DNA of 64,000 nucleotides from Glaucostegus cemiculus (lineage: Eukaryota). Under the pieces are notes generated by a model. The model did no database searches and was not told where the DNA came from. It was given only the letters and a program-made list of their open reading frames with translations. Position numbers and translations under genes: made by a program. Of the stretch, positions 25,240 to 37,200 are shown piece after piece; position 1 is the stretch's first letter; every line of letters begins with the position of its first letter. The stretch spans positions 372,001-436,000 of the forward strand of contig CDPCPM010000076.1 in NCBI GenBank assembly GCA_976551045.1, read 5' to 3'.

Positions 25240-26105
25240 GAGTCATCTGTTTAGTAAGTTTGCAGATGACACAAAGATTGGTGGAATTGCAGATAGTGAT
25301 GAAGACTTTCAAAGGATACAGCAGAATATAAATCAGTATGAAATTTGGGTCAAGAAACAGCAGATGGAGTTTAATTCAGATGAGTGTGAGGTAGTGCATT
25401 TTGGGAGGTCAAATGCAGGAGCAAAGTATACAGTAAATGGCAGGACCCAAAGGGATCTTGGGATGCAACCCCATAGTTCCCTGGAAGTGGCAACACAATT
25501 GGCTAGGGTGGGAAAGAAGGCATGTGACATGCTTGTCTTCATTGGTTGGTGCATTGGGTATTAAAGTTGGCAAGTTACGTAGCACCTGTATAAAACTTTG
25601 GTCAGGCCGCATTTGGAGTATTGTGTGCATTTCTGGTCACTGCATTACAGGAAGGATGTGGAGATTCAGTAGGATGTTGCTTGGATTGGAGAGTATTAGC
25701 TACAAGGAGAAGTTGGACAAATTTGGACCGTTTTCTCTGGAGCACAGGAGGCTGAGGGGTGATGTGATAGTAGATTTACATTATGAGAGGCATAGAAAGT
25801 GTAGATCATCAGTCTTTTCCCCAGGGCAGAAATGTCAAACACTAAGATGAGAGGCAGGTAGTTTAAAGGAAATTTGCTAGCCATGTTTTTTTAAAAATTA
25901 TGTATAAATACACAGAGTGGCAGGCGCCTGGAATGCACTGCTAAGGGAAGTAGCAGAATAAATGATGGCAACATTTAAGCATTTGTACAGGCACATTAAA
26001 AAGGCAGGGAATAGAGAGATATGGACCATTTGCAGACAGATGGGACTAGTTTAGATTAGCATTATGGGCTGAAGAGCCTGTTTGTGTACTGTGCTGTTCT
26101 ATGTT
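25240..26105 (+). mobile_element. Degenerate CR1 3' fragment
   Basis: AAGTTTGCAGATGACACAAAGATTGG (KFADDTKIG), MEFNSDECEVVHFG, and CR1 tail at about 26065-26105. Confidence 0.85.
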
Positions 26106-26695
26106 CTTTTTGCAGAGGATAGTTAAGTGTGCTTGCCATCTTTTTCCAAAAATACAGTTCATTGGTTTATTTAAAAATAATCTTTCTGGACTCTTGCAAG
26201 AGGAGTTTTGCAAGTTACTATAGAAATAAAGAGACTGTGTACTATGTGTTGGGTATTACATGGATCACCAGGGTTATTGCACTGTCAAGTCATCAGCAAC
26301 AACACATTTGGCTTCAAAGGGTTTTGATAAAGCAAGTATGGAGAAACTATTTTCACCAGCAAATGGTTGGTAATGTCAATGTCACAGATTTAAAACAAAA
26401 GGGTAAGTTCCTCAGGAGAAAGTTTATTTGCACTCAGGACTGAAATAGTGTAGAAACAGATTTTGCAGGAATTTTAAGGCATGTACTTGGAGGAGGACTA
26501 ATTCTGAAAGCCATAGGAATAAAGTCTATAACTGTAAAGAGCTCTTTTGGAGATCTGGTACAGGAATAAAAAGTACAAATGCTGCCTCCTTTGCAAGATT
26601 CTACAAGTCTAGAATGTTACAGATTTCAAAAAAAGTGCCATTGAACTGCTGACATTTGGTTAAATTAAGACCATAGACACATCCTGTCATGGGTA

Positions 26696-26701
26696 TTTAT
26701 T
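26696..26701 (-). terminator. Candidate UPF3B polyadenylation signal (AATAAA), implying a 3' UTR of about 1.55 kb
   Basis: TTTATT on plus, at the end of a stretch below the stop codon in which I recognised no interspersed repeats. Not verifiable without transcripts. Confidence 0.4.
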
Positions 26702-28259
26702 GATTGCAAGTGTTTAACACTATTGAAAAATATGAACAATGCACAATAAACAAAGAGGAAATCATACATCACCTTGAGAATTAACATAGTAAGAGTTTCT
26801 ATTGATGGAATTATTACAACCGCTGTTCTTGGAATGTACAAACAGCTTTGCAACATTTGATCTAAACAAAAATAAACCCAAAAAGAAAGTCTGTCAATAC
26901 AGGTTTTGCATTGGTCTTTGATTTCACCAATTCCTCCGATCCTGAAGAACAATGTCCACAGGATACTAACCTTGAAATGATTGAACTAGTGGTGTTGCAA
27001 ATCAGGGATCAAGAAACAGGGTCCAAATTTGCTTTCTTACTTTACCATATATGATCCAAAACTATTTGCACACTTAGTATATCACCAACATTCTTAAAAG
27101 ATTAGTCACTGAGCAGGTTTCTTTGTTCTCTGCCAGCCATACTGCTCCCGCACAATAAAAATAACAGCTCAGCATCAACTGTTTTTCCAACTCCAGGATC
27201 TGATTGCCATTCTAGGAACTGTTTAAAAAGCACACACACACCCCAAACAGATTTCCTCACAACAGACTCCTGGTTACCAAGCTACTGGCACCCTCTATTG
27301 GTTGACCAGGTAATAACATTGCAGCAGACTTCCCAAGGCACAGGAAAGAAAGAGGAAGTTGCACAGAGAGTAGATTATCGATTCATACTCATCCCTTCAT
27401 GAATCATTATTCCCAGCTATGCTCATGTTCTTGATAAAATACAATTTTGATCAGATCAATTTTGATGAAATACAATTTGGAGCACTGGATTGGCATAGCA
27501 GTAGGAAAGAACAGTTAGATTTTAAGCAAAAAATCACTGGAAACAATAGATTAGATCTAGAACTGAAGCAATACATGATCGATAGTCAATTCAATACAAA
27601 TTGCAACTGATTTCCCCCCCCCCCCCCCTGTTCTGGGCTTAGACAGGTACAAACCTAAAAAAAAATGCAGCACCTATGACAAGTATGAAAGAACAATTTT
27701 TTTCCACTCCCTTGGGCCTTTTCATGGATCTTTCCACTGTGGAATCTACAAGGCCACTAAGAATTTGGTCTCTCATGCTCTAACCTGCAATGCTGAACTA
27801 AATTTATATTAACTTACAGCCCAGGTAAGTTATTAGCATTTTCCGGTGTAATTCTGCTATAGCTAACAGAACACATCCTTTTTACTTGCCTCTTGCCTAC
27901 CCTGAAGTAAATAATGGGATATCATTGGTATCATTAGCTTGTATCAAAGCTGTTGGCTAGTACATTTTCAGAGTTACTAGCATCTGTCTAGTAAGCGCAA
28001 CATCTAATTTACATCCCAGTTAATCTCCACCTGTAACAATCTTGCACATCAGTACCCTGTCACAACTGTGATGGCAACTGTGATGGCAAAAGAAACCTTT
28101 CTTAATATTGGGAAATTACCAGTTTCAAACATTTTAATCTGACAAGCAAAATGCACCATTCTCATTCTCCAAGCTCATCTCCAATAAGGGCACTTTTGGA
28201 TTTCCCCCACACGGTTGGCATACTGTGATTGCTCAATCACTGAGTGAGCAGCAGCTTTT

Positions 28260-31200
28260 TCATTCCTCGCTCTCCCTTTCAGCAACATTTCCAGAAGCCT
28301 CGGGCTCCTTTCTCTCCTCGCTTTCTTCTGCCGACCTTAAGCTGCTTTCGCTAGGCTTAGAGAACGCCACCAACCGGCTGCGGCTCCGTGCGCCCGGCTG
28401 GTACAGCTGCATAGTAGGGCGGTCCTGGAATGAAACAAAGAGCATGAAAACATTAACTGTTTCTCTCTTCACAGATGCTGTTTGACCTGCTGAGTTTTTA
28501 AAAACACAGCTTTAATCCCCAATATTGTCAATTTTTCCAAGAACTCCTTGCACTTATTTTATAAATTGTTCGCTATGTACATCACCTTGCAAAACAAAAT
28601 CAACCTATTTTGTTCACTGAAATGGATACAAATGATTTAGATAATTTTTCTGCAAAAATGATAGTACAGTATTAACACCTGTGAGAGGCAGCATGTGCAT
28701 TCAGACACGGTAGTTGGATTGCAGGCACAGTCGTGCAAGAATTGCACTGAAGTGTAACCGCTAGCGTGACGCTATTACAGCGCCAGTGACCCAGGTTCAA
28801 CTTGGCTGCTGTCTGTAAGGAGTTTGTACGTTCTCCTTGTGACTGTGTGGGTTCCTGCGGTTTCCTCCCACATTCCAAAGACTTATGGGTTAGGAAGTGG
28901 TTGGCATGCTATGTTGGAACCAGAAGTGTGGTGACACTTGCGGGCTGCCCCCAGAACACTATGCAAAAGATGTATTTCACTGTGTGTTTTGATGTACATG
29001 CGACTAATAAAGAAATGTTATCAAGTGTTATTACAGGTTATTGGGAAGTTGACTGAATTGTTGGGTTAGGCTAGTCAATTAAATTCCAGCAATTTAATAA
29101 TTGAATGGTTAGAGGTTAAATTCATAAATTAAATATAATCCATTATATAAAAACAGTTAAATATTGGAAAATGTTCAGAGAGCTTAGTGGCAAGACAAAG
29201 TTTGATAAATGTTACTCAGTATAGTGAATAAGAGAGGTATGGCCTGTTGAAAACATTCTGAATGGTTGCATCACGACCTGGTGTGGAAATTCCAATCCAC
29301 AGTATCACAAGATGCTACTGAGAGTGTGGATTCAGCCAGTTCCATCATGGGTACACTCTCCCTACCATGAAGAACATCTACAAGTAGTAATGTCTAAGAA
29401 GGTGACATCCATCATCAGGGACCTCCACCTTCTCCATCAGGCAGGAGGTACAGGAGCCTGAAGACCCACAACCTCAAGGTTCAACAACACCTTCTTCCCC
29501 AGCGCCATCAGGTTCTGAACTGACCTGAAAAATCCCTCAATCTACCTCAGACTACATTTCTCTCCCACCTTGCACTTAGTGGGATGTCCATCTTATCATG
29601 CACGTATAATTTATGTTAATTTAAGTTTGTTAGCTTATGCTGGTCATGTTTGTAATGCACTGTGCTGCTGCAAAAAGCTAATTTTCATGGCATTTCTACC
29701 ATGTGTTGTGGGAACTCCAGCATGCCTTTCATGGACAATCATAAACAGGGAAAGCGTTATTAGCTGGAGGGGCTGGAACTGCAACTAGCCTCACTGCAGT
29801 GCATCTGTGAGAGGAACATGGATGGCACATGTCAGGAGGTTGTTGTACTGCAGCTGAACAGCAACTAGGCAGAAGGTGGGGGGGGGGGGGGGGGGGGGGG
29901 GTGGAAATGACAGCTGGTCAGACCAGAAGGGCCACACAGGTAGTGCCCAAGTTCCCAGTGCATTTTACATCCAAATTGGCAAGGGTGACAGTTTCTTCAG
30001 GATGTCCGGCCAAAGCCCAGTCCAGATCAAAATGGGTGGCTCAGCTGCAGACAGTGAAGTCAACTGGGGTCAGACAGGCCTGACTGCAGTCACACATGTG
30101 CCAAGTTGGCAGGTAGCCTTTCTGGTGCTGGGGTGTGAAGTGTGTCATTCAGTAGTTGCAGAACATTCTGAATGAAGATAGGAATCAACCAGAGGTATCA
30201 ATGACTTAATCAGAAAGAGGACCTACAAGCAAGTTATCGTTTACTGGTAAAGAGATTATGACCTTTCTAATATTGTGCTTCTCAAAGTTCAGGTCACGAG
30301 TACCACATGCTTGTTAGTGAAGTAACAGGAGGATAGTACAGATGTAGGTTAGAATTAAATACAAGGGTATGGTTAAAAAGTGTACAGATATGCCAAAAAT
30401 TGATCACATGGTTGTTAGTGAGGAAGAAAGCTATATGCTGCAGGAAGCTATCAATGGACCGAACAGGTAAACAAATAGAATTCAGTCCTAGGAAATGTAT
30501 TTTAATATATTTGTGTAGGGCAAACAAGGCAAGGTAATACATAAGTGGTAGGATACCAAGAAGCAGAATAATCTAGGGATGCAAATCAGGTAGATAAGGT
30601 GGCATATGGAATATCTACCATGATGAAAAACATCATGATGCTGGAGGGACTCAGCAGGCCAGGCAGCATCCATAGAGAAAAGCAGGTAGTCATCGTTTTG
30701 GGTCAGGACTGAAGATAGGAAAAGGGGAAGCCCCCAGTATATAGGAAGGAAAAGCAGAGCAGTGATAGGTGGACAAAAGAGGGGAGGTGGGGTGGGCACA
30801 GGGTGGTGATAGGTAGATGCAGGTAAGAGATAGGGATAGTCAGGTGCGGTGGTGGGTGGGTGGAGAATCAGATCCATGGGGGGGGGGATGGGTCAAAGGT
30901 AAGGAGGGAAAAAGGAAAGAAAGATATAGGCTAGGAAAGGGAAGAAAAGTAGAGGCATGGCTGGGTGTGGGAGGGGTGGTGTGGGGACTACTTAAAGTGG
31001 GACAATTTAATGTACGTGCTGTTAGGTTTCTCTAGGAGTATTTACCATTATTGGTTTAGGTACCGGATACAAGAGCAGGAAGGTCTTGCTGCAACTGTAT
31101 AAAAAATACAAATTGGCTATAGCTAAAGTAATACAAACAAGGACTTAAAAGAATGATGCTATGTCACTGCAGGAGGCTCAGAGGATATTTGAGAGGATGT

Positions 31201-34200
31201 TACAAGGAATGCTAAAGTTCAGCTTTCCCTACGCTGGGGTTGATTTATTTAGAACATAAATGAAAGATTTAGTCAAGGAATACAAAACTATGAAACTTCA
31301 CAGGATAAATGGCAAGAACATATTTCCCTTAGGAGGCTACAGATCCAAGATAATAGGGAAGACGGTTAAAGGAAACAAACTTCAGAGTGATTGGGTTTGA
31401 ATGTACTGCCACAAGGTAGAAACACTCATTTCATTTAAAAAGTACCTGGTTGAGCATTCAGGTACCATAACCTAAAGAACTGGAAAGTGGATTTAATCTC
31501 AATAGCTTTTTCAGCCAATAATGGCACAGAGACAACAGCTTCCTTCTGTACTAGAAATTCACACTAGATCAAGAATTTCCAACCTTTTGGCTTTAGAGTA
31601 GCAGAAAATTCATGTTTTCTTACTGTTTCACTTCGGTATGTGAAATAATCCCATACCTTATTCCTGATTCGTTCTTTTTTTATTGTACTTTCCTCCTTCT
31701 TATCCTCTTTTCCCTTCTCTGATTTGTCATAACTTGGTGTGATCTCTAAGCTTTCCTTTTTCCTAGTTTTTTCATTTGACTGATCCTTCTCCTTCTTTAT
31801 CTCTTCGTCTTTTTTTCTGAAAGGCTTGTCAGCCTCAGACCGCTCCCTCGGCTTCCGCCGTTCTTCCTCTTGGCGCTTCTGGCGCTCTTTCTCCTTCAGC
31901 CTTCTCTCACGTTCCCTTTCCTCTTTTTCCCGGTACTCTCTTCCACCATCATCTTCAAACCTGTTGCATCCAAACAAAGTAAACCTCTCATAAGTCTCCG
32001 AAACAAAAAATTCTAATCAAGCAAACATTTGTTATGCAATATGGTCGAGGCTGCTAAGGGTGCACTCGTGGCCTATTAGTTGCTGCCCTGGAAGGTTGGT
32101 GCACAGACTTCCCTGCCAGGAATACTGGCATATCTGGAAGTCTAATATTCATTATGCATTGCTAAATGATCCAGAACCAAAAGGCCTTTCAACGGGGCAG
32201 TCAAGTCAACCACAAAGTTGTAGGAGACGCAAAGGCCAGACCAGGTACAAGCAGATGTCCTGTTACTGAATGATATTAATGAACCAGGTAGGTTTGACAA
32301 ATCTGATAACTTGGTTACTGACCCTAGTTTAATCTTCCAATATAATTAATTAGAATTTCTAATCTGCTGTGGTGGGACTGGTTCCAAGCATCAGCATTAC
32401 TAGTCCAGTATTGGAACCACTATGCTATTGTAGTCTTCAAAGCCTATTGGAAGAAAAAGACCAAATGATGTTTGGGAAAGGTTGACCAAAGCATCCTTTA
32501 CAAACTTACACAGGGAAGATCACAGTATTCATGGTTCAAGGTATTACAAGCTCAGAAAGTACAATCCAGTCTACTTGCTCCTTGTTTGCAGACTAAATGT
32601 AAAGCACTCTAGCACTGATTTATCATCACAGGCAAGGGAATGCACATGAAGCAGGTAGCAAAACAACAGATACAATGAATTCAGTTTATTCCCACATACT
32701 TCTTTCCTTTATCATCCTTGATGGAACTCTCCAAGCGTTTTCCCTGGCCACTGAACGACCGGTCTTCTTTAGCCCTTTCTCTGTCCAGTTTCTTTACTTT
32801 GTCCTTTGGCTTTTCCATGCTACAGTCATCACCTTTTTCTGGCTTCTTCAGAAGCTACAAATCCATTGAGATATATTTCTGTTAGATATTTTACACAAGT
32901 TACTATAGCAAGTTTGTAGGAATAGACATAATAGTTTACCTTTATCTTTGGTTCATCCTTTGAGCGATCCTTTTTCTTTATCAAATCCTTTCTCTGCCAA
33001 TTTCTTTTGCTTCTCTGCTTCTCTCCTTTTCCGCCTTTCATCCTCTCTCCATTTTCTTCTTTCTTCTTCTCGGAGTCTCCTCTTTTCTAGCTCTCGTCTC
33101 CTCCTTTCTTCTCTTTTTTCCTCTCTTATTCTCTGTTAGGGGAGAATAGTGACACTTAGTAGTAAATTAATAAAATGTATTGGAAAAACAGAACTAATTT
33201 TCAAAAAAGACAAAATCAAAGAGGACCAAGTCTATACCTGCTTAGTTTTTACATAGTCCAGAAGGGGTGTTGTTTTCTTGGCTGTTAATTAAAAAAGTTT
33301 TGCTTACATTAATGCAAAAATGTCTGATTTCCATAAAATTACAATGTAATGTTGTGAAAACCTTATATATTGACATGTACCACCACTGGGGGCAAATTAC
33401 TGCTCAGGATACAAGTACAAATGGTCACGAGTTCAGAGAGTCATTGTAAAAGACCTAAGATGCACAAAATGATGCCAACTTCATTGATTATCATTAATGC
33501 TGTATCTCTTAAGTGTAACCAGAACATGAATTTAGTTTGGGGGGAGGGGAGGTGGTGGTGGTGTTGAAAAACAGAAACACAGCAATCCCTAATCATCATT
33601 CAGGAATACTACATAAACAAGGTCTTTTCTTAAAAAAATAGTAAGTCAAATAGCACATACACAAGCATTCAATGTTAGGCCTGATGACTGATGATAATGA
33701 CCAAGATACATTTTTGCATGTTATTAACAAACTTTTACAAATACAGGTTAGAACAATAAAACATGCCATTACCCCTATTATTGCGCAAGATTATATCAGG
33801 AGTCATGTAGATAGTTCATTTTGAGCTAAGAAAATAAATCAGTTTTTATTGTACTCATTTCTCAAATCTTCATTAAACTCTAAATGTAGAAACAATTACT
33901 AAAACAAAAAAGTTTCAAACATGTTATAAGCTTCAAACATTAAAGAGCATAAGATTACTAAATAAAATAATTCACAGGACCATCATTTCTGCAACTTCTT
34001 TTGTAAAAGAGCAAGCAAATAACAATTTGGAAACATAGTATGTTTTGAAATAGCTCTATTTACCTGCTAGCTCTTTTGTTTTTGCTTCAATTTCCTCCAG
34101 AAGTGTTTCAGGATTGTTTGAATTTTTCTCATCATCCACATTATTATAACTCTCCAAAAACTTCTTATATTCAGGATCTGGTAAAATACAAGAAAATGGG

Positions 34201-37200
34201 TAAAAATTCAACTAATTCCAAAACAAACTTGATCAAGAATAAAAACACAGTGATTCTAGGTTATTGCATTTAATTAATCAGCATCTTCTCTTTTCAAAAA
34301 ATATCCACTCAATTTCCCTCACCAAAAACATGAGACACAGCTTCTACTGTTTGGACAATAGGATCATTCAGAACAGTCCAGAAATCATATGCTGAACTTT
34401 GATCTCTTGAGCAGCACATCATATCTGCTCTGAACTTATTCAGACCATGGATTTGGCAATGTTCAGTCCTTATCAGTGCAAGATACTACATACTGATGCT
34501 TCAAAGTAATGCATCATTCAACCTACAATACACAAACTCAGTACTGTAGCAAAGAGTTAACCTAGACTCTGTATTTATGTCACTGGAGTAGGATTCAAAC
34601 CTATAATCTCCTGAATTTGAGGGGAGAGTGTTAACCTCCAAGCCAATGGGAAAAAAACAGAATGGAGAAATTTTCATGAATAGGGCACACAGAGCAATCT
34701 TTTTCCCCCATAATTGTTATAAATCTCATTTTAAAAGTGTATATTTCAAAAAAAAACTTAGCAGTCAGCATGGTGATAGTAACAAGGAGGACGAGTCCCC
34801 TCACTAGGAAACCGGAGTCCTAACAAATGGTACTTTCTGCTCTCCAAACAGAACAAGTCTATACTTTAACGCCACTTCCTTCAGCCAAGGTGACTCTTTA
34901 GACAATAGGCTCCTCTCCGATTACCAGCAAGACTGGTACAGAAGCAACTACAGAATAGTGTTAACACAATATTGTGTACACATCCCTTAGTGTTAACAAA
35001 ATACACAATAGAAGTTGCATGGCTGAAATTAAGATAAGCCACAGTAATTAATATCTGCATGATCAAATGTTGTTGCGTTCCAGGGTTAGAACCAGCAACA
35101 TTACAATCAACAAAGTAGGTGCATCCTAGGCCATTTGCATCAAAAGAGGTAAAGAGCAAAGAACTTATCATCAAATTTATAGTATGTAAAGCATTCTAAA
35201 GTGTTTGAAAATCAAAACTGCAGGTGCTAGAAATCGGAAGTTTAAGAAAAAATCAAAATGCTGGAAATATTTAGTGGGTCAGCTATCATCTCTGGGGAGT
35301 AAAACAGTTAACATTTCAGGTCTATGCTCCTTATTCTGTTGAAACTTTGGTCATTATTTCATCAGAAGCAGCAGCACTGACCTGAAAATGTTAACCTTGA
35401 TTCTCTCTCTACAGACATCGTCTGGCTCACTGAGTGTTTCCAGCATTTTCTACCAAAATCATTCCCTTCCCCCTCTGTTCTCCAACTTGAAATCAGAAAA
35501 GGATTTTTTTTCTACATTTGTCTCTCATCTAAATCACTAGCATTTCCCTCAAGGTAATGGAGTTAAAAATCAGTTCAGCACAAGAGAAGTCTACTGATGG
35601 ATTGAAATCACAATTTGCAATTCTTTTAACCCTTGATTAAGCTGCTTGATAAAACCCCTTGGCCAGACAGAAAACCAAAGCCTATCTTCTACCTAACGAT
35701 AAGGAAACACTTGCATTTCTACAGCGCCTTTCACATCTCTTTTAGGATATCTCAAAGCAATTTGGAGCCAGTCATACTTTTGAATTGTAGTCACTTCTGC
35801 AATGCAAGAAATGGAGTGGCCACATATACACATCACTTTCAAATTGCTGTTACTGTTCAATCAATTCTCTCTCTAGGGACAGTGTAATCTGGGTAGTCAA
35901 AATGCAGTGGTTAACTACCAAGTGGGTAATCTAGAGGGTTGGGCTCACAATTCAAAATCACCAGTTCAAATCCCACCACAGTAGGTATCAATTAAAAAAT
36001 CTAGAATTTGAATGAGTAATTGTAACCATGAAGTTACCTGACTGATACTAAAATGACATTTGGTTCACTGATGTCCCTAAAAGTTCTAGGCTATATGCAA
36101 TTCGAGACCAACAGATATGGTTGCTTATTATTTGCTCTGCCATTATCAAGGGCAATCAAATGTTGGTCTAGCCAGCAATACCCATATTTAGAAAAATGTG
36201 CTGATTGAGGAACGTGAAGAAATATTGGCTAACCCACGAGAAAGAGCTCACGTTGATGCCACATGATACTTAATGTCTGCCTGTGACAGAAGATGGAGGC
36301 TATTCCAAAGATTTCACCTCAGTACTGCAAGGGAGTGTCAATTAGTTTGCAAGCTTGTATCTGGAGTTGGTACAAAGGGATAACCAAGGATAATTTACAC
36401 TCTGAACACCTACCCGAAATTCATGAAAGCACAAACAAAACAGAACAGAATAAGACAAAAGCAATTTACAACAATGTTTGTTATAAAAATAAAATAAGCA
36501 CTCCATACCGTCACTAAAATGTATATTGTCCGTACCATCTTCAATAGTTCCTACTTTTGCATCCTTTTTCTTGCTTTTCTTCTTTGGAATTTTCTGAAAT
36601 GGGGCAAATTCTACAATAGCAGGGTATTCCTGACCTATTGGCAGGGAAAGGAGAAAGAAAGACAAAACACATAGGAAACCAGTAAAAAGGTTTAAATATT
36701 AACATGAGATCAGATTTAAATATTAGCAAATACAAACTTGTGGTTGAAGCATAACAATTAGAATGGAGGCTGGAACAATTTGGTTAATTGAGAAATTGAA
36801 AAATTAATTTTTTTGAACAGTCTTGACAGCCACTGAACTAAAACAGCCCAATTCAGTTTACCTCTTCTTTGGGTGAAATTACATTTACCAACTTTTGAAC
36901 CATGGGAAAGTGTCTTTCACACATGAAATCAATCTACTTACAAAAAGTTAATAGTGATTAAAATTAAAATGTCAAAGGATACCTTTCAAAAAAAATTAAA
37001 TCAACTATGTGCCTGCCTAGATGGATATTTGTTTATTTGGAGTGAAACTATGCTTTATTATGTGTTTCATATTCATAGCCAGAGGTACAATAATAGCAAA
37101 TCAAACTTAAGACAGACAAGACTTTTGTTTTATTTGACATTTCCTCATACTTTCCATATCCATAGATCCCTGAAAGCTGCCTCACAGGTGGATAGGGTAG

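Noticed and set aside
29876-29901. Poly-G/poly-C runs (also near 702-718 and 27614-27628)
   Set aside because: Simple homopolymers with no supporting context; lengths are unreliable.
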